From the NCBI GenBank assembly GCA_010405405.1, contig MU004238.1:2057530-2121529 (forward strand): a DNA stretch of 64,000 bases, in the 5' to 3' direction. Below, in pieces: positions 61,113 through 64,000 of this stretch. The DNA is from Microthyrium microscopicum. Lineage: Eukaryota. The position numbers were made by a program, and so were the translations under genes. Below the pieces are notes generated by a model. It searched no databases and was not told the origin of the DNA. It worked only from the letters and a program-made list of their open reading frames with translations. The stretch's first letter is position 1, and each line of letters starts with the position of its first letter.

Positions 61113-62584
61113 GGCTACTGTAGGAGGTAGTACGGAGTACTGGACACCCGAAGTTGTAGATGAAGTCGCAGGATTTGGAGAAAACCGATGGAGCGGAACG
61201 GGGTGCGTGGTACGGACCTTTCAACTGGTAACTCTGATCATCTCCCAGTCAAACAGACATGATTTGCGGCGGCTGGAAAGCGGGTTAATGTACTTTTGGT
61301 CGGCAAGGTATGGGCCTGATTTGAGAATTTAGCGGCGACAGGAAGCTCGTGCAGTAGCGCAACGCGTCTGACCAGCAAGACGAGATTTGGTGGGTGGAAG
61401 GAGGTTGAAGAAACGTTGGAGGTAACTCCTTATGGCTCAAGCACCAGGGTCTCCCGTCGTGGCGTTCAAAAAGTGGGCCAGACCACGGCGTGATAAGCAA
61501 TTCTTTTACGCGATTTTGAGTCGTTCGTTGGCCCACTGGTGAACCCAATTGAAAAAGGGTCTTTTTGATACTAGTATCTTAGGCTACTTGTCATATCCGC
61601 GTCTGTCAACGGGTCTCATTGTCGCGTCTGAAGATCTGGGGTTGTATCTGATATGGATTCATGGCGTATTCCTTCCGTAACTTCAAGGTTGTCAACGTTG
61701 GCCAGGAGTACAAAATCCTTTGTGAATCGAGACGGAAATCTCCAGACTGGCCTCCAAAGAGGTCGGGCTGGTCAATTGTGGTTGGCTGCACAAGGGAGGA
61801 AGGTGGGCGTATTCATGCTTGCTTTGCATGGTTTTCCAGGATCCCTTGTTATCGGCTGGCAGACGGCACGCTGTCCCGTTGCTAGTTTCTCCCTTGCACT
61901 TGTTCTAGCCCAAGATTCGGGGTTGTTGTTCAGAAACACCAGTCCTAAATTCGTAAAACATCCCACAACCCAAAGAAAATGATAGGCTAAAAGTTCATAG
62001 CCGCGCGAGCCGCTTCCCGCTCAAGAACCAGAAGCTTTGACATTGATATATTCCCAGCAGGTGTGGAGTGGAGTTTCTTTGTCTCACCCAGAATCCAGGA
62101 CCCTGGAGACTTTTAGCACTGATGCCAAGTGATACTCATCAAGGACGTCGACATTACATCTGTCCTGTCTAATAATGTGCGGTCACTCTAGCAAGGTAAG
62201 AACAGTTGCTATTGAGTAATACTTTCAGGAACCTTTTTCTTCAAAAGCACTTTAGACAGTCAAAATGCATCGACGCTATTATGGAAGCTACTCCAAGATC
62301 TAGATGCTAATATGACGGGGAAAAAAAGGGTCGACTAACTTAGCCACGGGTACTCGCGGCTGCTAAGCACCAAATCATACGTGCCTCTATTTGAGCCTCA
62401 AGTATTATCCGGATCTTGGTATCATTGATGAATCGGCCTTTACTTGGTCCATGGTTTTTACAATTGTCCGGAGCGATGATATAGATTTAGAGCCTCAGTT
62501 CCATTGACTACGTAACTCTTAATGACCATGGCCAAGGAAGCTCATATAATATTGCCCGAGTCGTGCATTTCATTCATTTCTACA

Positions 62585-63612
62585 TCATGTATCTCGTTTC
62601 GCAGCCATCATCGCCCGATAGCCTTTAATAATATCCTGTCTCGTCTGTCCCAACTGCTCACGACGCCGTAGACTACCAGCATCTTTCGGTATATCCACAA
62701 TCTTCGAGCCTTTGAAAATCTCTCGAGGCAGCTTTCCGAATTTTGGAGGAGCCTTTGCAACATCGAATATGCCTTTGGAATCATCCCTTTGGTTCTTGAG
62801 TACTGCCCAAGGATCATCATCCTTCTCGTCAATTTCTCCAATCAGCTTGCCCTTTTTCTTCTTCGAGCCCTTTCCACCAAGCTTGCCCACTGTCATCATG
62901 ATTTGCCGAGTATCTTTGTCCAGACTCGCCATCTGCTCTTCTAGCTCTTCCTCGGCTATTTCTCGTTCTTCTTCTTCCTTCTCTTTAATCCGTGCTTCAT
63001 CTTTCCGCCAACCATCTTGTAGTTTCCGTAGTTTCTTCTCGTGCTTCGTCCGTCGTTCTTGTACGCCGTCTACCTTTTTGCCCTTGGTAGATAGACCCGC
63101 TATGGGCAAAGCTTGATCTACGCGAATCGCAAAGTCACCCAGCCTCTCGCCTGGCTGTATTGTAAGCGGCGCAGTTTCGGTGACATGCTCGACAGCGGTC
63201 GGGACTACAGGTGTCTCCGCTTCCGCCTCCGGCTCTGTCTGTCGCTTTCTCTTCTTGCCCTTTGCTGGCCGGTCGCCATTATCCAGTCTGTGAGAAAGAG
63301 GTTTGCCGGTCTTTTGGAGGTTGAGGAGTCGCTTGAAGGCTCGCGGGGTATCATCGCCCTTGTAGTTCGTAATGGCCGGAGTTTCACTCTTCGAGCTTGG
63401 TCTAGTGTTTCTCTGTTGCCCTTTTTGTTGTCCTTTCTGCTGCACATTCTTTGCGTCCTTCTGGGTGTCGCGAACGGGTAGAGGCTTCGCTTTGCTGGTG
63501 GGAGGGAGATCGTAGCTACAATGATGTTAAACTAGTCCAAGTTGCAATATTTTGATAACACATACTGATTCGCTGTGTTGTCTTGCGCTCTGCGCTTGTG
63601 TTTGTGAGGCAT
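62585..63612 (-). CDS. Conserved fungal UPF0653-like basic protein
   Basis: ATG 63612 (MPHKHKRR..), intron 63516..63565, then YDLPPT..KPLP, DDTPRAFKRL, IQPGERLGDFAIRVDQALP, DPWAVL, SLRRREQL...IIKGYRAMM. Confidence 0.8.
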
Positions 63613-64000
63613 TCTGACGTTCGGCAAATGTTAGTGGGATATTTTGTTGCCTCCGCCAGAAAAAATCTGGTCGTTGAAGGGACCAAAAAAGTGGGTGGAT
63701 ATGGCTGCCCGAACTGGACTAGCACCTGGATTTCCCCAACTCCATCTCATCTCTTCCTGAAGAGCCTCATCATTGGGACAACAACTTCAGATTATCTTGA
63801 ACAAAAATCACGCCTCAATTTGAAGATGATGTGGCTGGTGTGTAACTAGGACTCTGTGCGACTCAAGCGTCTTATCTCTATTCCTCAAAAGGTCGAATTG
63901 AGGTAGCCAGAGCATGGCTAGAGATATCTCGTTCTGGTCCAAAATTATCATCAATCCGCGACCCTTTCTTGGATCATTATCTCTAGGTCTCGCACTCATA

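Noticed and set aside
61113..62584. Short ORFs or ncRNA in the 1.5 kb region upstream of the permease
   Set aside because: No recognisable protein motifs, splice-consistent model or RNA structure; treated as promoter/intergenic.
1..64000. CRISPR arrays, rRNA or tRNA genes
   Set aside because: Eukaryotic DNA; no repeat-spacer periodicity or recognisable structural RNA gene seen by eye.

Overview
Intron-rich genomic DNA from a filamentous ascomycete (Pezizomycotina) with an active RIP system: short GT-AG introns with CTRAC branch points and one RIP-devastated repeat. I can support 17 host protein-coding genes. Core genes are GYP7, TEL1/ATM, NUP192, MRP17, GCV3, an NCS1 permease, RPS27, the TFIIIC B-block-binding subunit and a UPF0653-like protein. 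Accessory-type genes are two tandem ankyrin-repeat paralogs, an O-methyltransferase, a bacterial-type YCII/DGPF protein, a sacsin/NOV-type GHKL-ATPase + DUF3883-like nuclease, a PPPDE-like peptidase, a cytochrome P450 and an amino-acid permease. The ORF-free 48-59 kb block is a single ~10.9 kb RIP-mutated CMC (EnSpm/CACTA-like) DNA transposon, with perfect 19-bp TIRs, a TG flanking duplication, subterminal AACGTT/AACGGT repeats and a transposase relic readable after mentally reversing RIP. Most interesting leads: (1) this large CATTA-ended element with ~6.8 kb of unexplained extra sequence; (2) the TFIIIC subunit gene, which has B-box motifs in its own upstream region and an unusually long, highly structured first intron; (3) the GHKL-ATPase/nuclease gene, where an in-frame TGA separates the ATPase from the nuclease and could be bypassed by an alternative 3' splice site or by readthrough. 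All exon boundaries, family calls and de-RIP translations were made by eye; no searches were run.
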